DNA of 61,848 nucleotides, counting the filler, from a candidate division TA06 bacterium SM23_40 (lineage in GTDB: Bacteria; LJUI01; SM1-40), in NCBI GenBank assembly GCA_001303705.1. It is 4 parts of 4 records of this genome, joined end to end, with 100 filler letters (N's around TTAATTAATTAA, not from the genome) between each part and the next. Parts side by side here need not be neighbours in the genome. Positions count along the whole stretch, not along the records: positions 30,239 to 41,557 come from LJUI01000001.1; positions 41,658 to 52,251 come from LJUI01000108.1; 2 more parts are not named here. One strand, 5' to 3'. The position numbers were made by a program, and so were the translations under genes. Position 1 is the stretch's first letter. Each line of letters begins with the position of its first letter. Of the stretch, positions 38,839 through 49,218 are shown piece after piece. The notes under the pieces are model-generated. The model saw only the letters and a program-made list of their open reading frames with translations, had not been told where the DNA came from and did not search any database.

Positions 38839-41557
38839 CTATCGTACCACAGCGATCTTGTGGAAACGGACCTCCTCTTCCCCCGCTCCCCTCGCTTCGA
38901 CGCGGCAGATATACACTCCACTCGCAACATCCGATAGATCCCAGACGGTCTCACACTCCTGAGGCGGCTGTGCCGCCTCCCCGTCCATCTGGGCAACGAG
39001 ATCCCCGGCTAGGTTGTAAATGGTAATCGTCACTTCTGCCGGCCTGCCGAGGAAATATCTAATCGTCGTCTCATCCCCATACGCCGGGTTTGGATAGTTG
39101 AAGAGGCTCTCGCTCGGCAGGAGGTCCCCGGCATAGGCAGGCGGGTCCGGAGTGAACCGCCCGTGCAATATGCCCCGGTGACCCGGGTCGGCGCGATACA
39201 TCCCCCACGGGAGGGTCAGCGTGTCTTCTGTGACACCGAGGTCCCAGGCGTACACCCAGCCACTCTCGGTACAGGCGACAAGCTCCCGTACTCCATCCGC
39301 ATCTATGTCGCCCAGAATCGGACAGGACGTGACGGCGCCGCCCGCTGCCACGGGGAACCCGCTCACCTCCCGTCCATCACTCCGCCAGGCATGAATCTCC
39401 CCTGAACTGGTGCCGCAGACCAGGTCCACCTCTCTATCCCCATCCACATCTCCGATCACGACGGAGGAGCCAAAGACAATGCTGTCGGCCTCTACCACCG
39501 GCCAACCGCTGGCAAACGAGCCGTTGTGATTCAGGACGACGATCTCGTTCGGCGTCGTCAACGCCACCTCGAGATAGCCATCTCCATCGACGTCGGCCAG
39601 CGCAGGATCTGTCTTCACGTTTTCTTCGATGCCCATAGGCCAGCCCGCTCTCAGATCCCCGCTTACTGAGAGACTATAGACACGACCCCCGCCAGTGACG
39701 GCGATCACTTCAAGCGATCCATTCCCGTCCATATCTCCCACCACCGTCGATGATTGAGAAAGCAATAACGACGGCGCTATTGCGGGCCAGCCGTCGAGAA
39801 CCGTTCCGTCGGCGTCGATGAGGAAGAGACGGCCATCCCCTGACAGGACGGCCACCTCGAGTTCCGGATCATCATCCACATCGACAACTGTGGGAGAGGA
39901 ACGGACTTCACCCCCCAAATCGACAGGAAAGCCAGGTACAGCTCTCAACGTATCCACCGGCTCCAACTCCCAGACGTACAGGCGCATGTCGTCGGCACCC
40001 ACGACGATCTCGTCTCTCCCGTCGCCGTCGATATCGGCCAGTGCCGGAGAGGACCGAACCGCACCGAGACCGATGGTAGCGATAGGAAATCCTGCGACGG
40101 GATCAGCGAGCGTATCGCCGTCGGCATCGAAGCTATGCCAGGCATACACACGTCCCTGCTCCGAACCGACCACAGTCTCGAGAAGCCCGTCTCCATCGAG
40201 ATCGCCCAGGGCGACAGATGAATAGATCGAGTCTCCGATCCCGGCCTGGGCGAACCACCCTGTCGGCCTCTCGGAGAAATAGGGTGATCCGTCGCCCTTC
40301 CACGCATAGGTCGCTCCATCGACTGAGGCCACGACGATCTCGAGAGTTCCGTCCCCGTCGATGTCAGCCAGATTGGGCGATCCCATGAATGACGCCGAAT
40401 CCCCGGCGGCCACGGGGAAGCCCGGCTGTGCCCACCGCCGTTCGATCAGACAGTCCATCGTGACACCAGATCGGCCGATGTCGGTTATCGAGACGTGACT
40501 GGCAGCGCCGCTGTAGCTATCGCTATTCGGCTGGGTGCTCGGAGCAAAGGACGTGTTGTTGCCCTCGCGGTAGGGATCTTCGGGACTGCCGAGGAACTCA
40601 TAGGAAGAGAACGTCACCCAGCCGTCGAAGTCCTGGATACCGTCCGCCTCCTCGAGATCGACGCCTTTGTGATCGGGATATGCATTGACAGTATTCGTCG
40701 CGAATCGCTCCTCGATCGCTTGCTCGTCAATGTGCCATATGAGCACCCCTGATCCCGGCAGGAGGTAATCGTACTCGCCGTAGAAACTGATGATTACCCC
40801 ATTCTCCATGTTGCCGATAACGATGCCGTCTCCGTCGATGTCCTCCTGACGATTCTCGACGAGGAAGTACTCGTGCTCATTGATCGGTACCTGCACCACT
40901 CTCACATCGCTCGGATCGACGATCGGCTCATAGGTCACGGTGTCCACCGGCACAGCCGCGGCCACGATCTCCAGCGCCTGGGACAGGTCCTCCGCAACGA
41001 TAGGCGTCTCCCATCCCATGTACATCCGGCACCATGCCGACAGATAGGGCGGAATGATCCCAGCCGGGATCCCGGCCGCGCTCAGCCAGTATCCGGTCGA
41101 CATCTCACACCAGCCCCCGATGCCAGAGGACCATCCGTACACATCGTACAGATCGGGGAGGCCGATCATGTGGCCGAACTCGTGCGCAACCAGCCCCTGG
41201 ATCCCGTTCGTCACCCCATCCTGAATTTGCGATTCTGCCACGATCGAGATCTCGTAGACCGTATCGGTGCCGGCGTTGGCAATGATCGGATGCTCTAGAT
41301 AGTACTCGATCGCACCACCCGGTATGAATGCGCTCGCGATGTCATAGGGGCTGTCCCACATGATATCTGACTGCCAGCTCGCTCCCGCATGGAAGACGAT
41401 GAAGGCGTCGAATCCCGTCGTATCCCCGATGTAGTCAGGTGTGAAGTTGACGTTTGCAATAGTGTCGGCATCCGCAGCCGCGACTGCGTCGCGCACTAAT
41501 ACGACGAGGCCCCGCTCCCTGTTGCTGGGATCTCCGTAGTAGAGCATCGTGTGAGGG
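38839..41557 (-). CDS. M6 (immune inhibitor A-like) metalloprotease with FG-GAP repeats and C-terminal FlgD-Ig/T9SS-like domain; 5'-truncated by the contig end
   Basis: HEFGHMIGLPDLY, EYFLVENRQ, GVLIWHIDE, VDLEEADG; multiple (A/G)DIDGDG..E(I/V)VV repeats; FNYPNP..IYNLAGDLV..ASGVY. Confidence 0.9.
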
Positions 41558-41657
41558 NNNNNNNNNNNNNNNNNNNNNNNNNNNNNNNNNNNNNNNNNNN
41601 NTTAATTAATTAANNNNNNNNNNNNNNNNNNNNNNNNNNNNNNNNNNNNNNNNNNNN
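41558..41657. other. Artificial contig linker
   Basis: 100-nt N-run with TTAATTAATTAA at 41602-41613. Confidence 0.97.
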
Positions 41658-41999
41658 GCCCGTCTGCGTGAACCCCACGATGTTGTTCAGGCCTGGATAC
41701 CCGCCCTGCTTCACGCTCTCGATCACCTCCTGGGCAAGCTTGGTGGCGACCTGGCGATTCCGCGTCACGTTCGTCGTCCGCAGCCCCGAAGTGAAGAAGA
41801 CCACCGTCCCCATGATAAGAAACGCCAGAATCACGAGCGCGACGATCACCTCGATCAAAGTGAACCCGGCCGACCTCTCGTGCCGCCGACCGACCGGGCT
41901 CCATTCTCCGTATTGCGCCGCCATGTCGAACTCCTGTCGTGCCAACCTCCAGCGCCCTGCCTCACGTGCCTCGTGATCTGTATCCGATCTTGTGGTCAT
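41658..41999 (-). CDS. Minor pilin (PilV-like prepilin); 3'-truncated by the contig end
   Basis: Class III signal G|FTLIEVIVALVILAFL. Start is ATG 41999 or 41924. Confidence 0.8.
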
Positions 42000-42016
42000 T
42001 ACCCACTCACAAATAC

Positions 42017-42032
42017 AGCAAGATGCATGCCA
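42017..42032 (-). promoter_or_regulatory. sigma54 promoter of the minor pilin gene
   Basis: Minus strand TGGCAT-GCATC-TTGCT. Confidence 0.7.
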
Positions 42033-42246
42033 CGCCCGGACAGAAAAATCGCACCCTTCGGCAGTCTTAAGGTGCGATATGATAGTGACTTATTGGCGGG
42101 CAAAAGTCCGCTCGCACACGGTGTAACGATACGTTAGAGCCGGCCTCTGTATTACCTCACCCGATGATGTGACCCGGCCTTCCTAGCACATTATATCGCA
42201 GGCGGGAGCGCCGCCTGCGGACAGGAAATATGGGACCGCGGCCGGC

Positions 42247-43611
42247 CTACGTCAGGCCATACTTCCTTGCTTTCGTCAGCAGGGTCTTATACGTCACTCC
42301 CAGCCGCCGTGCCGCTTCGCTCTTGTTGCCGCCTGTCTCGGCAAGCACCTTCCTGAGCACCTGACTCTCCGCCATCCGGGCACCGTGCTCGGCAACCTCC
42401 TTAAGCCCACCGAGCATCCCCAGATCGTCCCCGGGCAACTCGATCGAATCCTCTCGCACCCAGATGTGCTCGGAACAGATCTCGCGATCGACCGCAAGTA
42501 TCGCCGCCCTCTCGATCGCGTTCTCGAGCTCCCGCACGTTGCCCGGCCACGAGTAGTGCTCCAGCTTACGCAGAGCCTCGGGCGTAACGGTCAGCTTCTC
42601 CCTCTTCAGCTCGCCACGATACTTCTCGAGCAGATGATCCACGAGCAGCGGAATGTCCTCGCGCCTCTCGCGCAGAGGTGGAATGTGGATCGGGAAGACG
42701 CTCAGCCGGTAATAGAGGTCCTCCCTGAAGCTCTTCTCCTTCATCTCGCTCAGGAGGTCCTTGTTCGATGCAGAAATGACGCGCACCTCTACGCTGATCG
42801 TCTTCGTGCCTCCCAGGCGCTCGAACTGCCGCTCCTGGAGCACCCTGAGAAGTTTCGCCTGGAGCGCGAGATCGAGGTCGCCCACCTCATCGAGAAAGAT
42901 CGTCCCTTTATCGGCCAGCTCGAACTTCCCGATCTTCTTGCCGACCGAGCCGGTGTACGCCCCCCGCTCGGAGCCGAAGAGTTCGTTCTCCAGCAGCTCG
43001 TGGGGTATGGCGGCACAGTTGATCGGCACGAACGGAAACTGCTTTCGGAGACTCATCGTATGTATTGCGCGGGCGAAGAGCTCCTTCCCCGTCCCGCTCT
43101 CGCCCATCAGCAGGACGTTCGCGTCGCTGGGCGCGACCTGACGCACGAGCTCCATCACCTTCGTGATGGCAGGGCCCTCGCCGATGATCGTCGGCAGACC
43201 CTGTGTATCTGAACACGCCTCCCTCAGCAGTATGTTCTCTGTGAGGAGGTTCCGCTGCTCCAGGGCGCGCCTGATCAGGAGGAGGAGATGATCGGCGTCG
43301 AACGGCTTTGCGAGAAAATCGTAAGCTCCCTCTTTCATCGCCTGCACAGCAGTCTCGATCGTGCCGAACGCGGTCATCACGATGACGATGGTGAGCGGAT
43401 CTTGATCGCGTACCGCACGCAGAACCTCCAGCCCGCTCTTCCCGGGAAGCTTGAGATCGACGAGAACGATGTCATACGAGCGACTCTTCGCTTTCGCGAT
43501 CCCTTCCTCGCCATCCGCGGCGGTATCGACATCGAGCCCCTCGGCACGCATGGTATGCATCAGCATGCGGCGCATGCTCTCTTTGTCTTCGATGATGAGG
43601 ATCGAGTCCAT
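42247..43611 (-). CDS. pilR: sigma54-dependent (NtrC-family) response regulator, PilR-like
   Basis: REC domain, GESGTGKE, ELFGSERGAYTG (GAFTGA variant), FLDEVG, WPGNVRELEN, Fis HTH; located in the pilin locus. Confidence 0.85.
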   Translation of the reverse strand: MDSILIIEDKESMRRMLMHTMRAEGLDVDTAADGEEGIAKAKSRSYDIVLVDLKLPGKSGLEVLRAVRDQDPLTIVIVMTAFGTIETAVQAMKEGAYDFLAKPFDADHLLLLIRRALEQRNLLTENILLREACSDTQGLPTIIGEGPAITKVMELVRQVAPSDANVLLMGESGTGKELFARAIHTMSLRKQFPFVPINCAAIPHELLENELFGSERGAYTGSVGKKIGKFELADKGTIFLDEVGDLDLALQAKLLRVLQERQFERLGGTKTISVEVRVISASNKDLLSEMKEKSFREDLYYRLSVFPIHIPPLRERREDIPLLVDHLLEKYRGELKREKLTVTPEALRKLEHYSWPGNVRELENAIERAAILAVDREICSEHIWVREDSIELPGDDLGMLGGLKEVAEHGARMAESQVLRKVLAETGGNKSEAARRLGVTYKTLLTKARKYGLT

Positions 43612-43614
43612 GGA

Positions 43615-44784
43615 CTATTCCCTCTCTTCGCCTTCTTCTCTCCCCTCAACCGGGAGCAGGATTACAACCGTCGTACCCCTGCCCAGCTCACTCTCGACGT
43701 GTATCTCCCCTCCGTGTGCCGATACGATCTTGTGCACGAGGCTGAGACCGAGTCCGACGCCATCATCCTTGAGCGTGAAGAACGGATTGAAGATACGCTC
43801 AAGATTCTCGGGGGCAATCCCGACCCCTGTATCCGCGAAGCGGACCGTCACTCTGTCCGTCGCCTGTCGCTGGTAGCAGGAGACGACGAGCCGGTCGCCC
43901 TCGGCCATTGCCTCGATAGCGTTCTGTGCTACGTTGGTGAACGCCTGTCTCAAGCGCAGCGGATCTCCCATGACGGGCGGCAGTGTCGGTTCGGAATTGC
44001 ACTCCAGCGAGACTCCGGCATCGGCAATCCGCGACTCCAGCAGGCGGAGTGCTTCCCCGACGATCTCCGGAACAGAGACCGATTCGGGCATCAGCCCGGC
44101 CGGCTTTGTGAAGTCGAGAAACTGCTGGAGCACACCCTCCATGCTCTTGCACTCGCGCACGATATCGCCGAGAGGTTCGGCCCCACGTCCGGGCCTGGGA
44201 TCGAGCTGGCACTCGAGCAGCCTGGCAAATCCCAGAATCGTCCCCACGGAGTTCCGGAGCTCGTGCGCAATACCCGCCGACATCTCCCCCAGCGCAGCAA
44301 GGCGCTCCTTGGTCGCCACTTCCTCCTGGAGCCGTCTCACCTCTGTGATATCGCTGAGAATGAATGTAGCACCATCAACCGCTCCGGCCGCATCCCGGAG
44401 CAGGGATGTGGAGATCCCGAGCCAGACTTCGCGTCGTCCCCCCAATCTCACGGGGAGTTCCACCCGAGAGCGTACACGTTGCTCATCAAGTGCCTCCCTG
44501 ATGAGGTTGATGATCCTGACCTCACCACAGAAGACGTCGGCGGCGTCGCGGCCAAGCGCCTCCCCCGGCTTCAGGCTGAAGATCTCCCGTGCTGCACGAT
44601 TGGCGTAGGTGATGCGACCAGCGCGGTCGAAATTCATGACCCCGGATGAGATGGACTCCAGGATATCAAGATGGCCCCCTACGAGCGTCGATGCGCGATG
44701 TGCGTCCTCGACAGACTGCGATCGCATCACATCGCCCCCTGCTCCTGCCCTCCCTTTTGTGCTACCGCCTTGGCCGACCGTCAC
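43615..44784 (-). CDS. PAS-domain sensor histidine kinase (PilS-like, no obvious TM)
   Basis: PAS domain, AGIAHELRN (H-box), NVAQNAIEA, DTGVGI, FNPFFTLK, GVGLGL. Confidence 0.88.
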   Translation of the reverse strand: MTVGQGGSTKGRAGAGGDVMRSQSVEDAHRASTLVGGHLDILESISSGVMNFDRAGRITYANRAAREIFSLKPGEALGRDAADVFCGEVRIINLIREALDEQRVRSRVELPVRLGGRREVWLGISTSLLRDAAGAVDGATFILSDITEVRRLQEEVATKERLAALGEMSAGIAHELRNSVGTILGFARLLECQLDPRPGRGAEPLGDIVRECKSMEGVLQQFLDFTKPAGLMPESVSVPEIVGEALRLLESRIADAGVSLECNSEPTLPPVMGDPLRLRQAFTNVAQNAIEAMAEGDRLVVSCYQRQATDRVTVRFADTGVGIAPENLERIFNPFFTLKDDGVGLGLSLVHKIVSAHGGEIHVESELGRGTTVVILLPVEGREEGEERE

Positions 44785-44796
44785 TGATCGATCCTC

Positions 44797-45603
44797 CTAT
44801 CCTCTGAGTAGGATCCCCACGTAGCGGAGAAGATGTTCCCCCCAGAAAAGTGCAACAATACTCGCCACTGCAATGAACGGACCGAACGGGATCGATGATC
44901 TCCTCCCCGCGCGGCCGGCCATGAGGAGGGCGAGCCCCCACAGGGCGCCCACGGCGAACGAGAGGTACAGCGAGATGAGCGTCAGGCGCCACCCGAGGAA
45001 AGCACCCACCATCGCGGCCAGCTTGACATCACCCAGACCCATCGCCTCCTGCCGGTACACGAGGCGGCCCACCAGGACGATGATGAGCAGCAGGCCGCCG
45101 CCGAGCAACAGACCCACAAGGTACTGCAGCATCTCCGCCCGGTCGAAGACCACGTGCCAGATGAGCGCGATGCCGATCCCCGGCAATGTGAGCCGGTCGG
45201 GAATGAGCATCGTGGCGAGGTCGATGAAGAAGATGGCGAGCAGGATGAGCGCAAAGATCCCGTACAGAACGAGCGCTGGTGAAAGGCCGACCTTCAGATA
45301 GATGCCGACGACCAGCAGGCCGGCGGCCAGTTCTACTAAGGGATAGCGGGCCTCGATCCGCGCTCCACAGTCCCGACATCGTCCCCGCAAGAGGAGATAG
45401 CTGAGCAGGGGGATATTGTCGCGCGCCCGAATGGGCGTCCCACACTCCGGACAGAGGGATCGCGGGCGGACGAGCGACATCCTCCTCGGAAGCCGGTAGA
45501 TGACGACGTTGACGAAGCTCCCGAGCGCGAGCCCGAAAAGAAAAGCCAGTGTCGCCGTCATCGGCCAGGCCCATATGGCCAGAACTGCCGACGTCGCGCG
45601 CAC
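44797..45603 (-). CDS. pilD: Prepilin peptidase / N-methyltransferase
   Basis: GSFVNVVIYRLP, CPEC..CRDC zinc site, IDLATMLIPD, MGLGDVKL, IPFGPFI motifs. Confidence 0.95.
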   Translation of the reverse strand: MRATSAVLAIWAWPMTATLAFLFGLALGSFVNVVIYRLPRRMSLVRPRSLCPECGTPIRARDNIPLLSYLLLRGRCRDCGARIEARYPLVELAAGLLVVGIYLKVGLSPALVLYGIFALILLAIFFIDLATMLIPDRLTLPGIGIALIWHVVFDRAEMLQYLVGLLLGGGLLLIIVLVGRLVYRQEAMGLGDVKLAAMVGAFLGWRLTLISLYLSFAVGALWGLALLMAGRAGRRSSIPFGPFIAVASIVALFWGEHLLRYVGILLRG

Positions 45604-45645
45604 CGGCTTATCGTCGAGAGATCGCTCCCCTTCCCCTGGAGCAAC

Positions 45646-46071
45646 CTAGGTGCCAGTCGTAAGCGTGAGGGCGAGCAGCGTCCCTCCTCTGCCTGCCCCA
45701 CGGATCCTGTACACTCCTGATCCGTAAGTGTCGTGGTCATACCCCACCTCTCCCTCAGTCAGACTGTCGTAGTTCCCGAGCGCGTTCCCTCCGGAAAATG
45801 GATTGGAGAAGTTGCGTGGCGACTCCACTGTGAATGTATAGGTATCCGCCGCGTAATTGCCGTCGTGTGCGGTGCAGTATTCTTCCACCATTATCTGGAG
45901 TGTGTGCATATTCGCCTTGACCGACGCCTCACGCGCATTGTTCCGGAGATTGATGTGACCCCCGATGGCAATCGCTGCCAGAATGCCCATTATCACCAGG
46001 ACCACCATCATCTCCACGAGCGTGAAGCCGAATTCATCCTTCAGTCTGACAAGGCGCAAACGTTCTGACAC
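45646..46071 (-). CDS. Second type IV pilin (paralogue of pilA)
   Basis: G|FTLVEMMVV; shares EASVKANMHT, DGNYA, F.NPF.G and YDH.TYG with the upstream pilin. Confidence 0.88.
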   Translation of the reverse strand: MSERLRLVRLKDEFGFTLVEMMVVLVIMGILAAIAIGGHINLRNNAREASVKANMHTLQIMVEEYCTAHDGNYAADTYTFTVESPRNFSNPFSGGNALGNYDSLTEGEVGYDHDTYGSGVYRIRGAGRGGTLLALTLTTGT

Positions 46072-46274
46072 AGCACGTTACTCCTGTCACCTCTGAAATG
46101 GTCGACCCTCTCTGAACTGAGGGGCACACTCCAATCAAATATGTGCACCATCCTCATGTAGCGCAAGGGCTACCAGAGTTTTCGCTTGTTAGGCCCCCCA
46201 CTGACCTCAAGCGCTACAGGACGACTGTCCCGGGAAGGACCACACGACGATCACGCCAGACCGCGCGCACGTGT

Positions 46275-46309
46275 GAGGGGCGGCAGGCCCATCGGCCTGC
46301 CGCCTCCTC
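46275..46309 (-). terminator. Strong hairpin downstream of pilA
   Basis: GGCGGCAGGCC-CATC-GGCCTGCCGCC stem with flanking GAGG/CCTC pairing, about 28 nt after the pilA stop. Confidence 0.6.
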
Positions 46310-46336
46310 TGCGCGCCATCCGCCAGGAATGCTCGA

Positions 46337-46753
46337 TTACTGGCCAGACGTGAGCGTGAGGGTAAGAACCGAGCTCTTGCCGTAGCCCTGGATCGTGTAC
46401 CCGGTGGCTCCGTACGTGGCGTGGTCGTAGTAGACAACGCCCTGAGCGTTTGCAGTGCTGCCTGATGTGATCGCACCGCTGCCCGTGGCGCCGGTGAACG
46501 GATTCTTGAAGTTCGTCGGCAACATGGCCGCGAGCGTGGTGTGAATGTTGGTGTGACCAGCATAGTTGCCATCATTCATCACCGCGTAGTCCTCGACAGC
46601 GAGTTGCGCCGTGTGCATGTTCGCCTTGACCGATGCCTCCTTGGCACGGTCCTGCATCCTGATGAAGTTCGGGATCGCGATTGCGGCCAGGATCCCGATG
46701 ATGACCACGACGATCATCAGCTCGATCAGGGTGAAACCACGTTCGCTACGCAT
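46337..46753 (-). CDS. pilA: Major type IVa pilin
   Basis: MRSERG|FTLIELMIVVVIIGILAAIAIPNF; strong SD AAGGAGGTGA; own sigma54 promoter and downstream hairpin. Confidence 0.9.
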   Translation of the reverse strand: MRSERGFTLIELMIVVVIIGILAAIAIPNFIRMQDRAKEASVKANMHTAQLAVEDYAVMNDGNYAGHTNIHTTLAAMLPTNFKNPFTGATGSGAITSGSTANAQGVVYYDHATYGATGYTIQGYGKSSVLTLTLTSGQ

Positions 46754-46836
46754 TGTCCTCTCACCTCCTTACCTGTGGGTTTTTTGTGACTCTCCATCGA
46801 TATCGCGAGCGGGTAGCTCGCTCACCTATGACTAGT

Positions 46837-46852
46837 AGCAAATCCTGTGCCA
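46837..46852 (-). promoter_or_regulatory. sigma54 promoter of pilA
   Basis: Minus strand TGGCAC-AGGAT-TTGCT is a perfect consensus match. Confidence 0.85.
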
Positions 46853-46992
46853 ACAGGACGGATGCAATCTCGATGCTCATAAGCCAATGTCATGGTGGAA
46901 GTTGCGCGCCGATGCTCATGCGCCTGCTGATCATCGATCTGCCCACAGATGTTCGCATCATGCGAAAATCTATCGCAGCGTGCGAAACAGCA

Positions 46993-49218
46993 TCACTGGA
47001 ACGACCAGTGATGAAAGGAGTGAAACCGACCGGAGAGCTCGATGGTCGTCTCCTCCCCGTCGATCATAGACCCGGGGATCCGTACCATCCGCTCTTCCCA
47101 GGTCTCGGCCTGGCGCGGCGGCAGCCACTCACCGACCTTCTCTCCAGCTACGAAGACCTGAATTGGCTCTTCCTCGGCACTTCCCAGCCCCCGTAGTATC
47201 AACGTACCGTACACGAGCGTCAGCAGATTCGCCCTGGCTGCAACTCGTGTCACGAGCACGAGATCGCGGCCGGGAACGGTGCGCATGGTGAACCGCTCGG
47301 CGCCCCAGACATATCTCCCGCCATCGGCGACCGGTACGTCCCCGTGCGAGGGGCTCGCCAGCAGGGCCAGCGAAGTCCAGAACTTCGTCCCCGGAGCGGT
47401 GACGTAGTTCTCATACGAATGGCCCGCCTCGCTGGGGAGGTAGGCCGCATCCAGCTCATCCGTCAGATCGAGGCCCTCCACCTCCCCCGAGATGTAGGGA
47501 TCGAGGGGCATCGTTCCCGAGCCGATGTTCAGCCAGTCAGCGCGGTACAGCGCAAGGTGCGTGTGAAACGGCTCTCCTGCTACGCAGACCTGTGTGGACC
47601 ATATACGAAGCAGGTCGTCAATGCCGGGGAAATTCACCTTTGCCACGTCCTGGATAGCCAGGTATGCGGGGCGGTCTTTCATCGGCATGTGCTCGAACAC
47701 CTCCCAGACCGTGCCCCAACCGGTCGTCATCGCCCCCATGAACGGCCGGGAGACGAGGCCGACGATATCGACGATGGGCCGGTTCCCATAGTACTTCAGT
47801 ATCCCCACGTCTACTACCGCCACCGCACGCCCCAGGGGGAGGTTTCCATCGATCCAGTGGGCCATTGCCTCATACTGTATCAGGCTCGTCCCGCTTTCCG
47901 CGACATGCGCTGAAATCGCCGGCGCGATTGAGCAGACCGAAAAGAAGATGAAGAATGACATGACCGCCCAGAATATGTGGTAGTCCCGGAGGCCGGAACG
48001 TTCGCCGAGGACCCGCGCCACCCAGCTGATGCCGATCGGCACGAAGGCGAGGATGATCGGGAAGTAGGGCAGGATGTAACGGTGGCGCTGGAATCCCCGC
48101 GCCGTGGTGAATGCGACCAGCCCGATGCCTCCCACAAGCCAGAGGGCCGAAATGACCGCCCACCCGGCCCGCTTCGATGTGAGCTCGTGCAACAGGACAA
48201 AGACGATGCCGAGGAGGAAAAACAGGAACGTGAGCGGAGGAAAGTAGGTCGACACCCCCTCCCCCAACAGCCCTACAGCAACGTTGTCAGGATAGGAGCC
48301 CGCGAAGATACCTTTCATCACATCGGCGAGGTACTGAAAGGAGGTTCGAATCGACTCGAGGGGCGGGACCCACTGATGGATCATCTTTGTCTGGCCGGAG
48401 CTAGGCGCCAGCCGGCCGGTCAGCAGGAGATTGAGGGCGAGTGTGGCAAGGCCCGCGGCCACGGGAATCGCCAGCCAGACGAGAGCTCTCGTCGAGCGTC
48501 TCGGCCCCGCGGCCACATCCGGCGCCCGGGAGAAGAGATGATTCCACAGAAGTGCGCCCACCATGAGCAGCACGATGAAGAACCCCTCGGGCCTCGTGAG
48601 AGCCAATCCGCACGCGAGGAAGGATACCGGCCATCGTATCTCACCACGGGAGCCGGCGATTGTCGCCAGAATACCGACCACGAACAGCGTGTACAGCCCC
48701 ACCTCCATCCCGCTGAAGAACCCCCATGCGATGGCCCCGTTGGCAATGAACAGGATGCCGGCGGCCATGCCGATCCGATGCCCTCCGAAGGCGACGCCCA
48801 GACGGAAGACATAGAGTGTGGCGATGACGAAGGTGAGGACGCCGAAGAGGTAAGAGAAGGCGACAAGCCCCTGTCCTTTGAACCCGACGAGATACGCCGC
48901 AGCGAGCACGAGTTGATAGAGGAGGCTCGTTCCGCCGGTGCTGGGAGGGTCGCCCGTGTTGTACTGGAACGGATGGCCGGTGGCGAGCTGCCGCGCGTAC
49001 TGGAAGGAGACATACGAGTCGTCGAGCGGTGCGACCCAGCGCCCTGCGGTGTACGTGAGCATCTCCTGGATGAAGAGGATAGAGACCAATAGACAGATGC
49101 AGACGAGAAGAACGCGAAAGGCCGCAGGCGATATCTTCGTCCCTTCCGGCGGCGGCACTCCACTAGACTGGCTATCTTTCGATGCGGACCTGACCGCTGC
49201 GGGAGCAAGTGGACTCAT
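46993..49218 (-). CDS. GT-C fold membrane glycosyltransferase (arabinofuranosyl/mannosyl-transferase-like)
   Basis: First-loop LDDSYVSFQYARQLATG, GGTSLLY, SGMEVGL, LTRPEG, RYILP; many TMs and a C-terminal soluble domain. Confidence 0.72.
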   Translation of the reverse strand: MSPLAPAAVRSASKDSQSSGVPPPEGTKISPAAFRVLLVCICLLVSILFIQEMLTYTAGRWVAPLDDSYVSFQYARQLATGHPFQYNTGDPPSTGGTSLLYQLVLAAAYLVGFKGQGLVAFSYLFGVLTFVIATLYVFRLGVAFGGHRIGMAAGILFIANGAIAWGFFSGMEVGLYTLFVVGILATIAGSRGEIRWPVSFLACGLALTRPEGFFIVLLMVGALLWNHLFSRAPDVAAGPRRSTRALVWLAIPVAAGLATLALNLLLTGRLAPSSGQTKMIHQWVPPLESIRTSFQYLADVMKGIFAGSYPDNVAVGLLGEGVSTYFPPLTFLFFLLGIVFVLLHELTSKRAGWAVISALWLVGGIGLVAFTTARGFQRHRYILPYFPIILAFVPIGISWVARVLGERSGLRDYHIFWAVMSFFIFFSVCSIAPAISAHVAESGTSLIQYEAMAHWIDGNLPLGRAVAVVDVGILKYYGNRPIVDIVGLVSRPFMGAMTTGWGTVWEVFEHMPMKDRPAYLAIQDVAKVNFPGIDDLLRIWSTQVCVAGEPFHTHLALYRADWLNIGSGTMPLDPYISGEVEGLDLTDELDAAYLPSEAGHSYENYVTAPGTKFWTSLALLASPSHGDVPVADGGRYVWGAERFTMRTVPGRDLVLVTRVAARANLLTLVYGTLILRGLGSAEEEPIQVFVAGEKVGEWLPPRQAETWEERMVRIPGSMIDGEETTIELSGRFHSFHHWSFQ

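Noticed and set aside
46337-46753. PilA as an electrically conductive (e-pilin) type
   Set aside because: Mature position 27 is Met rather than aromatic, F/Y/W content is about 8% (11/132), and it is not a short Geobacter-type pilin.
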